Positions 31,471 to 44,490 of a DNA stretch of 64,000 bases are shown piece by piece (position 1 is the first letter of the stretch; the number at the start of each line of letters is the position of its first letter). This DNA is from Candidatus Tectimicrobiota bacterium (GTDB taxonomy: Bacteria > JACPUC01). The stretch covers positions 1 to 64,000 of the forward strand of contig JACPUC010000006.1 in assembly GCA_016192455.1 (NCBI GenBank), written 5' to 3'. The position numbers and the translations under genes were made by a program. The notes beneath the pieces are model-generated. The model ran no database searches and was not told the DNA's origin. It worked only from the letters and a program-made list of their open reading frames with translations.

Positions 31471-32499
31471 ATGAAAAGAAGGCCGGCAGGAGGGTTCGAG
31501 GGCTGGTGTCGCACGGCAGGAGTCGCCGCCGCCGTTGCGGTTCTTCTACTCCTTGGGAGCGCGAGGGGGAATGCCCAGCCTCTCGAGAAGGTGAAGATGG
31601 CGTACCAGCCGTTCATCTCCTATGCGCCGCTGTTCATCGCCATGGAGAACGGCTACTTCAAGGAACACGGGATCGACCTCGAGATCACCTTCCTGGACGG
31701 ACCGAGGGCGATGCTGCCAGCCTCGCGCGGCGATCTCGACGTGATCGGCGGCTCGATTGGCGTCGGGTTCTTCAACAGCGTGGCGCAAGGATTGGACTTC
31801 AAGGTCGTGGCCGACAAAGGGCAGATCCGTTATGGCTACGGCTACGTGCCGATCGTCATCCGCAAAGCTTTGTGGGAGAACGGCACGGTGCGACTCTACC
31901 GAGACCTGGCGAAGATACGCATTTCCAGCAACAGCCCGGGCAGCTTCGGCATGTACCAGTATGCTATGGCCTTGGAAGAGGCCGGCGTTCCGTACGAACA
32001 TGAGAAGCTGAAGTACCTGGATCCCCCCAAGTGCGTCAATGCGCTGACGACCGGAGCCATCGACGCCTGCTGGATGCCCGAGCCCTGGGCCACGCGAGCC
32101 GAGCGCCTCGGCGTGGGCAGGATTTTCGTCACCACGGATCAGCTCAACGCCATGAAAGGCTACCAGGTGGCGGTCGTCATTTACTCAGGCAAGTTCATTC
32201 GGGAACGCCGCAACCTTGCCCAGGAATGGATGAAAGCGTATATCCGCGGCGTCAGGTTTTACCACGAGAAGGGGCCGGTCAGCGATGCCGTCGTCTCGAT
32301 CCTCAACAAGTACACGAAAGTAGAACCCGATGTCATTCGCGCTGCCATCCCGGTCTACTTTGTGCCCGACGGTTCCGTGAACCTCGACAGTGTGAAGCGC
32401 TTTCAAGAGTGGTGCTTCCAACGCGGTTTTGTGAAGGAGAAAGTGGATTTAGATAAGGTGGTGGATCTCAGCTTCATTCGCGCCGCCATGCAACAGTAG
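31471..32499 (+). CDS. ABC transporter substrate-binding protein, NitT/TauT family (paralog of 27667-28686)
   Basis: QPFISYAPLFIAMENGYF, RGDLDV, KVVADKG, PEPW. Confidence 0.85.
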   Translation: MKRRPAGGFEGWCRTAGVAAAVAVLLLLGSARGNAQPLEKVKMAYQPFISYAPLFIAMENGYFKEHGIDLEITFLDGPRAMLPASRGDLDVIGGSIGVGFFNSVAQGLDFKVVADKGQIRYGYGYVPIVIRKALWENGTVRLYRDLAKIRISSNSPGSFGMYQYAMALEEAGVPYEHEKLKYLDPPKCVNALTTGAIDACWMPEPWATRAERLGVGRIFVTTDQLNAMKGYQVAVVIYSGKFIRERRNLAQEWMKAYIRGVRFYHEKGPVSDAVVSILNKYTKVEPDVIRAAIPVYFVPDGSVNLDSVKRFQEWCFQRGFVKEKVDLDKVVDLSFIRAAMQQ

Positions 32500-32516
32500 G
32501 AAGGGAGGAACCAGCC

Positions 32517-34262
32517 GTGGCTCTCCGTGATCTAGCCGAAGTCTACGAGACGGACATCCTCGTCGTCGGGGGTGGTCTGGCGGGATCGTTCGCTGCCATC
32601 AAGGCCCGCCAGAACGGCGTCCAGAGGGTGGCGCTCGTCGACAAGTCGGTCCCCGGCAAGAGCGGCTGCAGCACCTTCGCCGCTGGGGTCATCGCGGCGC
32701 ATTTTCCGCATCAGGACAGCCTGCAGCAATGGATGGAAGAGCTGTGCGAGCTGGGCGGCTATCTGAACGATCAAGCCTGGCTCGAGATCGTCTTGACCGA
32801 AGTGTTTGGGTACGTGGAGGAGATGGCGGGCTGGGGGGTGAACTTCCTGCGTAAGGCCGATGGCGACTACGAGCGCATCGTCGGCCGCGGCGGCGGTCCC
32901 GGCCGAGGTCTGCGCAATATCATGTTCCACGGCCCGCAGCTCATGGAGCCTGTCGTCAAGCAGCTCCGTCTCCTCGGGGTGACGCGCTACGATCGCACCA
33001 TGGTGACCGACCTCCTCGTCAAGGACGGCCGCGTGCTCGGCGTCGGCGGCTTCAACGTCCTCGATGGCGGCTACCGCATCATCAAGAGCCGGGCGACCAT
33101 CCTCAGCGCCGGCGGCACGTACTCGAAAGGCTCCTTCGTCTCCCATAAGAACCTCAGCGGCGATGCCCACGCCATGTGCGTGCGGGCCGGCGTGGAGCTG
33201 ATGAACTTCGACTTCACCAGCCGCAACCAGTCCTGCACCGAGTTCGATACCGAGGGGATGAACATGTTCGTGGCGCTCGGGGGCAGATTCATCAATGCCC
33301 GCGGCGAGGAGTTCATGCCCGAGTACGACCCGGTCCTCGGCAACCGTACCACCAAGCCGGTGATGGCGGCGGCCACGGCGCTCGAGGTGAAGGCAGGACG
33401 AGGCCCGATCTACATGGACATGACCCACTTCACGCCCGACAAAGTGCAGAAGCTGCGCCAGGTGCTGCCGCTCGCGTCCCTGATCCTGCAGCGCGCCGGC
33501 GTCATGGTGGGCGACCGCATCAACCGCAAGCTGGCGTGGGGACCAGCGGGGGTCGGCACCGTCGCCTTCGGCGGCGGCGCGCGCATCACCACGCGCTGCG
33601 AGACCTCCATGCCCGGACTGTACGCGGCGGGCGATTCCGCGGCGCGGCATGGCGCGGGCCACAATGAGATGGGGGCGGGGGCCCTCACGTGGGCTATCGT
33701 CAGCGGCGCGCGGGCCGGCCGCTGCGCCGCCGAGGATTACTCCCAGTTCGACCTCGAAGATGCCGACGTGGCCTTCGTGGAGGAGCGGCGCGAGGCGGTC
33801 CTCAAGCCACTGCGGCGCAAGACCGGCGTGGAGCCCGAGCAGACGATCCTCGCCATCCAGGAGGCCGTGCATCCCTGGAACGTGCTCGAGCTGCGCCACG
33901 AGAAGCGCCTGCAACGCGCCCTCGACAGGATCCTGGAGATCAAGGAGCTGCATCTTCCGCGGCTGTGCGCCTACGATCCGCACTACCTCATCCTGGCCCA
34001 CGAGGCCGAAAGCCTTGCCATCACCATGGAGCTCATCCTGCGGGCCGGCCTGGAGCGCAAGGAGAGCCGCTGCAATCTGCGCGAGGACTACCCGGAGATC
34101 GATAACATCAACTGGCTGAAGTGGATCATCCTGCGGCCCGAAGGGAAAAGCTTCGCCTTCCGCACCATGGAGATCCCCGAGGGACCGGTCAAGTTCAAAC
34201 GCGTGAAACGCCTGCACCCGCTGTTTACCGCGGCCGGCTTGACCGAAGTAGGAGCGAGGTAA
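32517..34262 (+). CDS. FAD-dependent oxidoreductase, AprA/AsfA/fumarate-reductase flavoprotein superfamily
   Basis: ETDILVVGGGLAG, KSGCS, SGDAHAM.RAG, GLYAAGD, ERKESR..REDYPEIDN.NW. Confidence 0.85.
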   Translation: MALRDLAEVYETDILVVGGGLAGSFAAIKARQNGVQRVALVDKSVPGKSGCSTFAAGVIAAHFPHQDSLQQWMEELCELGGYLNDQAWLEIVLTEVFGYVEEMAGWGVNFLRKADGDYERIVGRGGGPGRGLRNIMFHGPQLMEPVVKQLRLLGVTRYDRTMVTDLLVKDGRVLGVGGFNVLDGGYRIIKSRATILSAGGTYSKGSFVSHKNLSGDAHAMCVRAGVELMNFDFTSRNQSCTEFDTEGMNMFVALGGRFINARGEEFMPEYDPVLGNRTTKPVMAAATALEVKAGRGPIYMDMTHFTPDKVQKLRQVLPLASLILQRAGVMVGDRINRKLAWGPAGVGTVAFGGGARITTRCETSMPGLYAAGDSAARHGAGHNEMGAGALTWAIVSGARAGRCAAEDYSQFDLEDADVAFVEERREAVLKPLRRKTGVEPEQTILAIQEAVHPWNVLELRHEKRLQRALDRILEIKELHLPRLCAYDPHYLILAHEAESLAITMELILRAGLERKESRCNLREDYPEIDNINWLKWIILRPEGKSFAFRTMEIPEGPVKFKRVKRLHPLFTAAGLTEVGAR

Positions 34263-34264
34263 CC

Positions 34265-34483
34265 ATGGGTATCCGCTTGATCCAGGAAGAGCTGTGCACG
34301 GGCTGCGGGGTGTGCGTCATCTCCTGCCCGATGGATGTCATCAAGTTGGATGAGGAACGCCGCAAGGCCATCGTCCAGTACATCCGCGATTGCCAATGCT
34401 GCTACATGTGCGAGCGCGACTGCCCCGAAGACATCATCTACGTCACGCCGGATCGCGAACGGCGTATCCCTCTTGCCTGGTAG
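34265..34483 (+). CDS. 2x[4Fe-4S] ferredoxin (AprB/AsfB-like)
   Basis: CTGCGVCVISCPMD and CQCCYMCERDCP; starts 3 nt after the flavoprotein stop. Confidence 0.9.
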   Translation: MGIRLIQEELCTGCGVCVISCPMDVIKLDEERRKAIVQYIRDCQCCYMCERDCPEDIIYVTPDRERRIPLAW

Positions 34484-34497
34484 GAGGCGACCAGCCA

Positions 34498-35730
34498 ATG
34501 GCCGAGCGAGCTGCACGCTACGTCATCATCGGGAATGGCATCGCCGGGTCGGTGGCGGCCCGCCGCTTGCGGGAGTTTGACCGCGCGTGCCGCGTCAGCC
34601 TGCTGACGGATGAGCCGTATCCGCTCTACAACCGCGTCCGGCTGCCGCACTACCTGAAGGGGATGATCAGCCGGGAAGAGGTGTTCATGCGCTCGGCGGA
34701 AGAGGAGAAGGCTCGCGGCATCGACTTCCTCGCCGAGACCACGGTCAGTGCCGTGCACGCGCAGGAGAAATTCGTAGAGTGCGCGGACGGTCGACGGTTG
34801 CCGTTCGACCGCTTGCTCATTGCCACCGGCGGCAGGCCGAGGCGGCTGTCGGTCCCCGGCGCCCAGGGGCCGGGAGTCTTCACCTACCAGTACCTCGACG
34901 ATGTGAACGCCATGCGCGAGCTGCTGCCGAACGCCAGGCGCGCCATGGTTGTCGGTGGGTCGCTCATCGGCTACGAACTGGTGGCGGCGTTTCGCGAATG
35001 GAACCTGGAGACCACCTGGCTCATTCGTGGTCCGCACTTCATGCACCGGCAAATCGACGCCGAAGCGGGAGCCCTCGTCTCCCGGATCGCTCAACGCCAC
35101 GGCGTCAAGGTCATCTACGGCGAAGAGGTGGCGGAGATGCAGCGCGCGAACGGCTCGGTCTCCGAGGCGCGCACCACCGGCGGGCGCACCATCTCCTGCG
35201 ATCTTGTCGGCGTTGCCGTCGGCTTGAAGAAGAACATCGACTTCCTCCAAGGGTCGACGATTGCGCTCAATGAAGGGGTGCTGACGGACGAGCACCTCGT
35301 CACCTCGCACCCGGACGTCTACGCCGCTGGCGATGTGGCGGAGTTCAACGATCTCGTGGTTGGCCAGCGCAGTCTCCTCGGCACCTGGCACAACGCCTCG
35401 CTGCAGGGCGAGCTTGTGGCGAAGAACATGCTCGGCGCACAACTCGTGTTCAAGGCCGTGCCGATCTACTCCAACCCCCTGTTCGACTCGCGGATCAAGG
35501 TTATCGGCATCACCTCGCAGAGCGATCGCTCGCTGGAAAGCCTGGTGAAGAACGAACCGGACCAGGGGCGGTACCTGCGCCTCTTCTTCCGCGGCGCTCA
35601 GCTTGTGGGCGCGGTCATCATCGGCAAGATCGACTATCATCTCCGCGTCGCCCTCATGAAGTACATGCTGACCGGCGAGCACGTTCCCAACAAGCAGCAC
35701 CTGATCGCAACCCAATCGCATACCGTGTAG
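34498..35730 (+). CDS. FAD/NAD(P)-dependent oxidoreductase (ferredoxin/rubredoxin reductase-like)
   Basis: IIGNGIAG, Y.R..L, LLIATGG, VVGGSLIG.E, DVYAAGDVA. Confidence 0.88.
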   Translation: MAERAARYVIIGNGIAGSVAARRLREFDRACRVSLLTDEPYPLYNRVRLPHYLKGMISREEVFMRSAEEEKARGIDFLAETTVSAVHAQEKFVECADGRRLPFDRLLIATGGRPRRLSVPGAQGPGVFTYQYLDDVNAMRELLPNARRAMVVGGSLIGYELVAAFREWNLETTWLIRGPHFMHRQIDAEAGALVSRIAQRHGVKVIYGEEVAEMQRANGSVSEARTTGGRTISCDLVGVAVGLKKNIDFLQGSTIALNEGVLTDEHLVTSHPDVYAAGDVAEFNDLVVGQRSLLGTWHNASLQGELVAKNMLGAQLVFKAVPIYSNPLFDSRIKVIGITSQSDRSLESLVKNEPDQGRYLRLFFRGAQLVGAVIIGKIDYHLRVALMKYMLTGEHVPNKQHLIATQSHTV

Positions 35731-35796
35731 CGCCGCGCGCCGCCGAAGCCCGCGCAGGCGTCGCGACATGCTGCCAAACCATGGAGACGACACGGG

Positions 35797-36969
35797 ATGC
35801 ACAGAGAGGCGCGGAAAGAAACCGGGTTAACGTTCTACCGCAGGGATCGCGCCTATCCAGGCTATACACTCTATGCACCGCTGGTAGGCCAGGGCGACGT
35901 CTACCTCATTGACATGCTTGGCAACATCGTCAAGCGCTGGAAGCTGTCCGAACCACCTGGCAACTATGGGTTCCTGCTCCGAAACGGCAACCTCCTCTAT
36001 TCCGGCCGCACGCCGACTGGACAGGTTCTCCTTGGCGGCAAAGGGGGTGTTCTCTACGAAGTCAATTGGCAGGGTGACATTGTCTGGGACTACCGCAATG
36101 ATCTCATGCACCACGATTTCGACCGCCTGCCCAATGGCAATACCATGGTGCTCGTTTGGGAATCCGTGCCGGCAGAGCTGTACGAAAGCATCAAAGGAGG
36201 CGTCCCGGGCACCGAGCAGAATGGTGGTATCTGGGGTGATGCAATCCTTGAGGTTACGCCCGCGGGACGCGTGGTCTGGGAGTGGCACGGATATGAGCAC
36301 CTGGATGGCGCCGAAGACAGCATCTGTCCACTCTGTCCGCGAAACCAATGGACCCATGCCAATGCCATCGAGTATGTGGAGTTGCCCGGCGGTAAACCAG
36401 CGATCTTGATCAGTTTCCGTTTCCAGAACACCCTTGCCCTGATCGACCGGAGTACCGGCGACTGGATCTGGAAGTGGGGACGCGATGATCTCGGCCACCA
36501 GCACGATCCGACGATGCTCGACAGTGGCAATATCTTGGTGTTCGATAATGGTCTGCACTACCTGGTCAACAAGAAACATATGCAGCGGCAGATCCTGGCG
36601 CGAGGTACGCCGCGCTCGCGCCTTGTGGAGGTGAATCCTACAACGAACGACATCTGTTGGGAGTATATGGGTAACCCACGTTATTCATTCTTAAGTGCCT
36701 TCCTTAGTGGAGCTCAACGCCTACCGAACGGCAACACGTTGGCCTGCGAGGGCATCACGGGTCGATTCTTTGAAGTGTCCCAGGATGGTGAGGTGGTGTG
36801 GGAATACATCGTCCCATTCTACGGCGATTTTCGTGACTTCAAAAACGTGAATATGTGCTTTCGGTGCTATCGTTACGGTGCGGACTTTCCTGGCTTCTTG
36901 GGAAAAGATCTGGATGCAGAGAGCTACAAGTGGTTAAATCACATCGTTCGAACTACTGCTGTTAGCTAA
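35797..36969 (+). CDS. Arylsulfotransferase (ASST)-family beta-propeller protein
   Basis: AYPGYTL, MHHDF.RLPNGN, WTHAN, GHQHDP, VFDNG, SGAQRLPNGNTL.CEG. Confidence 0.85.
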   Translation: MHREARKETGLTFYRRDRAYPGYTLYAPLVGQGDVYLIDMLGNIVKRWKLSEPPGNYGFLLRNGNLLYSGRTPTGQVLLGGKGGVLYEVNWQGDIVWDYRNDLMHHDFDRLPNGNTMVLVWESVPAELYESIKGGVPGTEQNGGIWGDAILEVTPAGRVVWEWHGYEHLDGAEDSICPLCPRNQWTHANAIEYVELPGGKPAILISFRFQNTLALIDRSTGDWIWKWGRDDLGHQHDPTMLDSGNILVFDNGLHYLVNKKHMQRQILARGTPRSRLVEVNPTTNDICWEYMGNPRYSFLSAFLSGAQRLPNGNTLACEGITGRFFEVSQDGEVVWEYIVPFYGDFRDFKNVNMCFRCYRYGADFPGFLGKDLDAESYKWLNHIVRTTAVS

Positions 36970-37129
36970 AAAGTGTCCAAGGGCCCAACTTTTGCCGCCA
37001 ATCCAGTGTCCGAGCAATTACCACCTCTTCATGCAAGGCCGAGAGGTAACGCGCATTGGTGGCAACGTGCTTGCCGGGGTGGTCGAAGCCAAAACGGTGG
37101 GCCTCCGTCCGTAACCCGGCTTTTCCAGC

Positions 37130-37496
37130 CGGGGGTGCTGCGGCGCCACGCCCTCAGCCGGCGGAGCGCCCAGCTCATCGGCGTGCAGCCCAGGCAGCGC
37201 GAGGGGAGAGAGGTATTCCAGGCCGCTCTGCGCGACAGCTTCCACCTGCCGCAGCGCCTTGAGCATTCTCTCGGAGAGCGCAACTGGAAGATGCCCAAGC
37301 GCGGGGCTGCCTCGACTCCCGCAACAGCTCGATCCTGGCGCACCGGCTGCGGCCGTGCGCGGCGGCGGAGTACGAGCATCTGCGCGGCGAGGTCTGGAAG
37401 CTGGCGCGCGTCGTCATCCCCGACGCGCCTGAGCGCGCGCGGTCCTTGCAGTTTCCCTGGCTGGCGGGAGGATGCGGAGGCAGTGAAGGGGTATGA
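37130..37496 (+). pseudogene. C-terminal fragment resembling the TIGR02710-type CRISPR-associated CARF-HEPN protein
   Basis: ALRDSFHL..LEHSLGER, a 1-nt frameshift, then LDSRNSSILAH (37311 onward) ... LQFPWL; no N-terminus. Confidence 0.55.
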
Positions 37497-37749
37497 TGTT
37501 GCAAACCCGACGGTTCATGCCCGAAGGTGGAAACGATGGGAGCATGCCGTTAACGTTGGCGGCTACGTGACAAGCCAGGAGAACAGACGGTTGCGCTCGA
37601 GCGGCTGACTTACTTGGCTACTGACCGTCTTGTTCGAATATCGAGAGTTGAACCTCTTTTGGTGAAGTTGCTGGCTCATAGCAAAGGGGCTTTTTGGTCA
37701 CGTCTCTGGCTGGTACGAATTAGCAATCTCCTAGAAGTGATTCAGCGTT

Positions 37750-38424
37750 CTACTCCTCCTCCTCAAACCCATGATCTTTGAACTTCAGCGTGCGGCAGTT
37801 TTCGGTGACGGTGCGGACGATGTGGTCTGGTGCGCCATTGGGCAGCTTTGCCTGGATTTCGAGGGTAACCTCGACCTCGGCGCCAACGAGGCCGGCAAGG
37901 TGCTGGATCACCTCCTCGGCAATCTTCCCGGCGTCGCGCTTGCTTTCCCGCCGCGCCTGTTCCTCGAAGCGAATGCGCAGCAGCTCCTGCTTCTGCCGCT
38001 CGATCTCAGCCGCCTCCGGCGCGGCAATGGCGCTGAGCAGCCGCTGCATGCTGTCGAAGGCGCGGTAGGCGTCGTCGGTGTTGAAGCTCTGTTGGTGCGC
38101 CCACTGGTTGCGCACCTCGCGCAGCTCGCTCACCAGGCTGCGTTCGGCGTGGCCCAGGGTTTTCTTGAAGACAAGGTTCCACTCGTTCCAGAGTACGGCG
38201 AGGAGGATCTGCGTGTCTGAAGGGAGCGCGGGCGTCTCGCCCGCACGGGAACCGGCGGCCCCTCTCCCCTTCGCCTGCGGATGATCCGATGGGAAGCTCG
38301 CCAGCGCCGACTCACGCCACTGCTCCCCATGGGCCGCCTGCATCTCCCGCTCGATGAAGGGAATGAGGCCGCGGTTCAACAGCTCCAGGGCCTTGCCGAT
38401 GCGCTCGTGGTTGCTTGCCGCCAC
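37750..38424 (-). CDS. Swt1-like HEPN domain fused to the DUF499 C-terminal tail (DUF499 ATPase with the AAA+ core deleted in frame)
   Basis: NHERIGKALELL, LREVRNQWAH (Rx4H), FEEQARRESK directly joined to RDAGKIAEEVIQHL...VRTVTENCRTLKF..GFEEE; GGAGG RBS. Confidence 0.8.
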   Translation of the reverse strand: MAASNHERIGKALELLNRGLIPFIEREMQAAHGEQWRESALASFPSDHPQAKGRGAAGSRAGETPALPSDTQILLAVLWNEWNLVFKKTLGHAERSLVSELREVRNQWAHQQSFNTDDAYRAFDSMQRLLSAIAAPEAAEIERQKQELLRIRFEEQARRESKRDAGKIAEEVIQHLAGLVGAEVEVTLEIQAKLPNGAPDHIVRTVTENCRTLKFKDHGFEEEE

Positions 38425-38701
38425 GGCTTAATCCTCCGGATTGAGAAGGTATGGCTCGTCGTGCGGGCGGGACGCCCGCGCTCCACCCTCTCCTTGTGAC
38501 GCACGCCGGAGCGCGGGCATCTTGCCCGCAGGGGAGACCATGGAGACCACCATGCGCCGTGATTCCCCCTCGGTCGTGGCGCGGGCGGGCGCGGTGCGCT
38601 TTCCCTTGCGGGCGGGACGCCCGCGCTCCCAGCTTTTGTGTGACGCACGCCGGAGCGCGGGCATCTTGCCCGCTTCATTCGCGTCTACGTCGCGGCTCGG
38701 C

Positions 38702-42853
<4,152 letters not shown>

Positions 42854-43369
42854 AAGGATTTGCTCCTCTGGTCTTTTGGATCGGCGGAGAGATATCAAGC
42901 ATCATGTATGGTTGAGGGCATAGAATAACTAATTCGTAGGTGAAATGAAATGAAGCGGGATTGTTCAGGGGGGTGTCAATCTTGTTGCGGAAGGGGGCCA
43001 GCACAGGGAGCGGCTGTTCTTCAGGATCCGGGAAGCGGATGCGCCAGCGGCCTAAGCCTGCGACGCGGAGGAGCTTGGGAAGAATGATCGGTTGGGATTA
43101 GGGAAGGTTGCCGTAGAACCCAGCCTTGGTCCGATTGAACTCGGCGAATTTTGTTTCCTGGATGCTTTCTGGGTAGCTTGCCTGGAACCTTATCTTGTGG
43201 AAATGTTTGAGCTCCAGGCGTGTGATGAAAGCTTTGAAACTGCGACCTCTGAGGGAGATGGCGGAGCAGGAGCGATAGGGATAGAGGGTTGGAATCTCTG
43301 GGCCTTGCGTGGCGGATACCGTGGGGGCAAACCAACTTTGTGTGGCCGCGAAATTCGTGAGGTAAAAGC

Positions 43370-43960
43370 ATGGGTAGAAAAGGCCGATCGCCAAAGACAA
43401 CGACCCTGAAACTGGTCGACCGGCAACCCCGGCCATCGGCCCCTCTCAAAGGATGAGCCGCGGACCGAGGTGACGGCCCCGAGCTACCCACACTGCCTCT
43501 CTCCCGCAGCCAAGGCCGAGTGGCGGTGCATCATGCCGGAGCTGGCAAAGCTGTGGCTGGGGACGAAGCTCGACCGTGCTGCTCTCGCCGCCTACTGCCA
43601 GAGCTACGCCACCTGGCGGCGCAGACCTTCGTCAACAAGAAGGGTATGACCTACGAGCTGCGCGACCGGAACGGCAACCTGCGCTTGGTCCGGCTACGGC
43701 CAGAGGTGGAGATTGCTCGCCAGGCGATGCTCGCCATGAATCGGATCGTCCTGGAGTTCGGTATGACACCGGCCAGCCGCAGCCGCGTCAAGAGTGCAGC
43801 CGTGGACCCACAGGCGGCGAAGACGGCCCGGCAGCGCACGTTCCTGTTCGGCGTCAAGGACGGCCTGCCTGCCGGTAGGCACGGCAAGCGCCGCGCCCCT
43901 CCTCCTAAGCGCCTGGCCTGCCTCCGCGAGGCTGGCGCCCCTGGAGTGACCCGCGGCTAG
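43370..43960 (+). pseudogene. Phage terminase small subunit (P27 family), frameshifted
   Basis: Across frames: MGRKGRSPK..LKLV.GNPGHRPL, AKAEW, DRAALAAYCQSY, EFGMTPASRSRV; GAGGT RBS. Confidence 0.8.
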
Positions 43961-43977
43961 AAGCCTCCTTCCCGAAG

Positions 43978-44009
43978 ACAAAAGCCCCTCCCAGGTACAG
44001 GAGGGGCTT
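43978..44009 (-). terminator. Probable intrinsic terminator downstream of the tRNA
   Basis: AAGCCCCTCC / GGAGGGGCTT 10-bp inverted repeat with an 8-nt loop; short T-run on the minus strand. Confidence 0.5.
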
Positions 44010-44122
44010 GTCGTGGGGCGCGGAGAGGCCGCGAAGTTCTTCCCCCTTCCCGCCAAGGTGGTTCCTCTGCGGTTCCTTGCCGAACCTTTGAGAATCCTAC
44101 TTGCTGGAGGTTATTGAAATTC

Positions 44123-44197
44123 TGGAGCGGGAAACGGGATTTGAACCCGCGACCCTCGCCTTGGCAAGGCGATGCTCTACCACTGAGCTATTCCCGC
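44123..44197 (-). tRNA. tRNA-Gly(GCC)
   Basis: GCGGGAATAGCTCAGTGGTAGAGCATCGCCTTGCCAAGGCGAGGGTCGCGGGTTCAAATCCCGTTTCCCGCTCCA; cloverleaf, GCC anticodon, encoded CCA. Confidence 0.97.
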
Positions 44198-44490
44198 TCC
44201 GTACTTGCGCGGCGTCGATGTTCGTGGAAGACCAGGAAGAACTGCATGATCCAAGGGGACGCCCAGAGGGGACGCGAGGAGATCAACCGGCTTCCGATCG
44301 ATGGGGACATTCGTTCCAAACGCAAGCATTCCCTATAGCATTCCAGTCGCTGGCTGTCAAGGGCGGCGGACGCGGGGGATGGGGCTTGCAGCCGCAGGCC
44401 GCTGGGTCTGGCGGAAGGCCGAGCACGGCGTCGGCGCGGAAGGGGTGGCAGCCGCCCTGCGCAGCGCCTGCGGGGGCAGCCGCGATGGTC

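Noticed and set aside
32517-34483. True dissimilatory APS reductase aprAB
   Set aside because: The ferredoxin is only 72 aa without the AprB C-terminal tail, and no sat/qmo/dsr genes are nearby; called AprA/AsfA-like only
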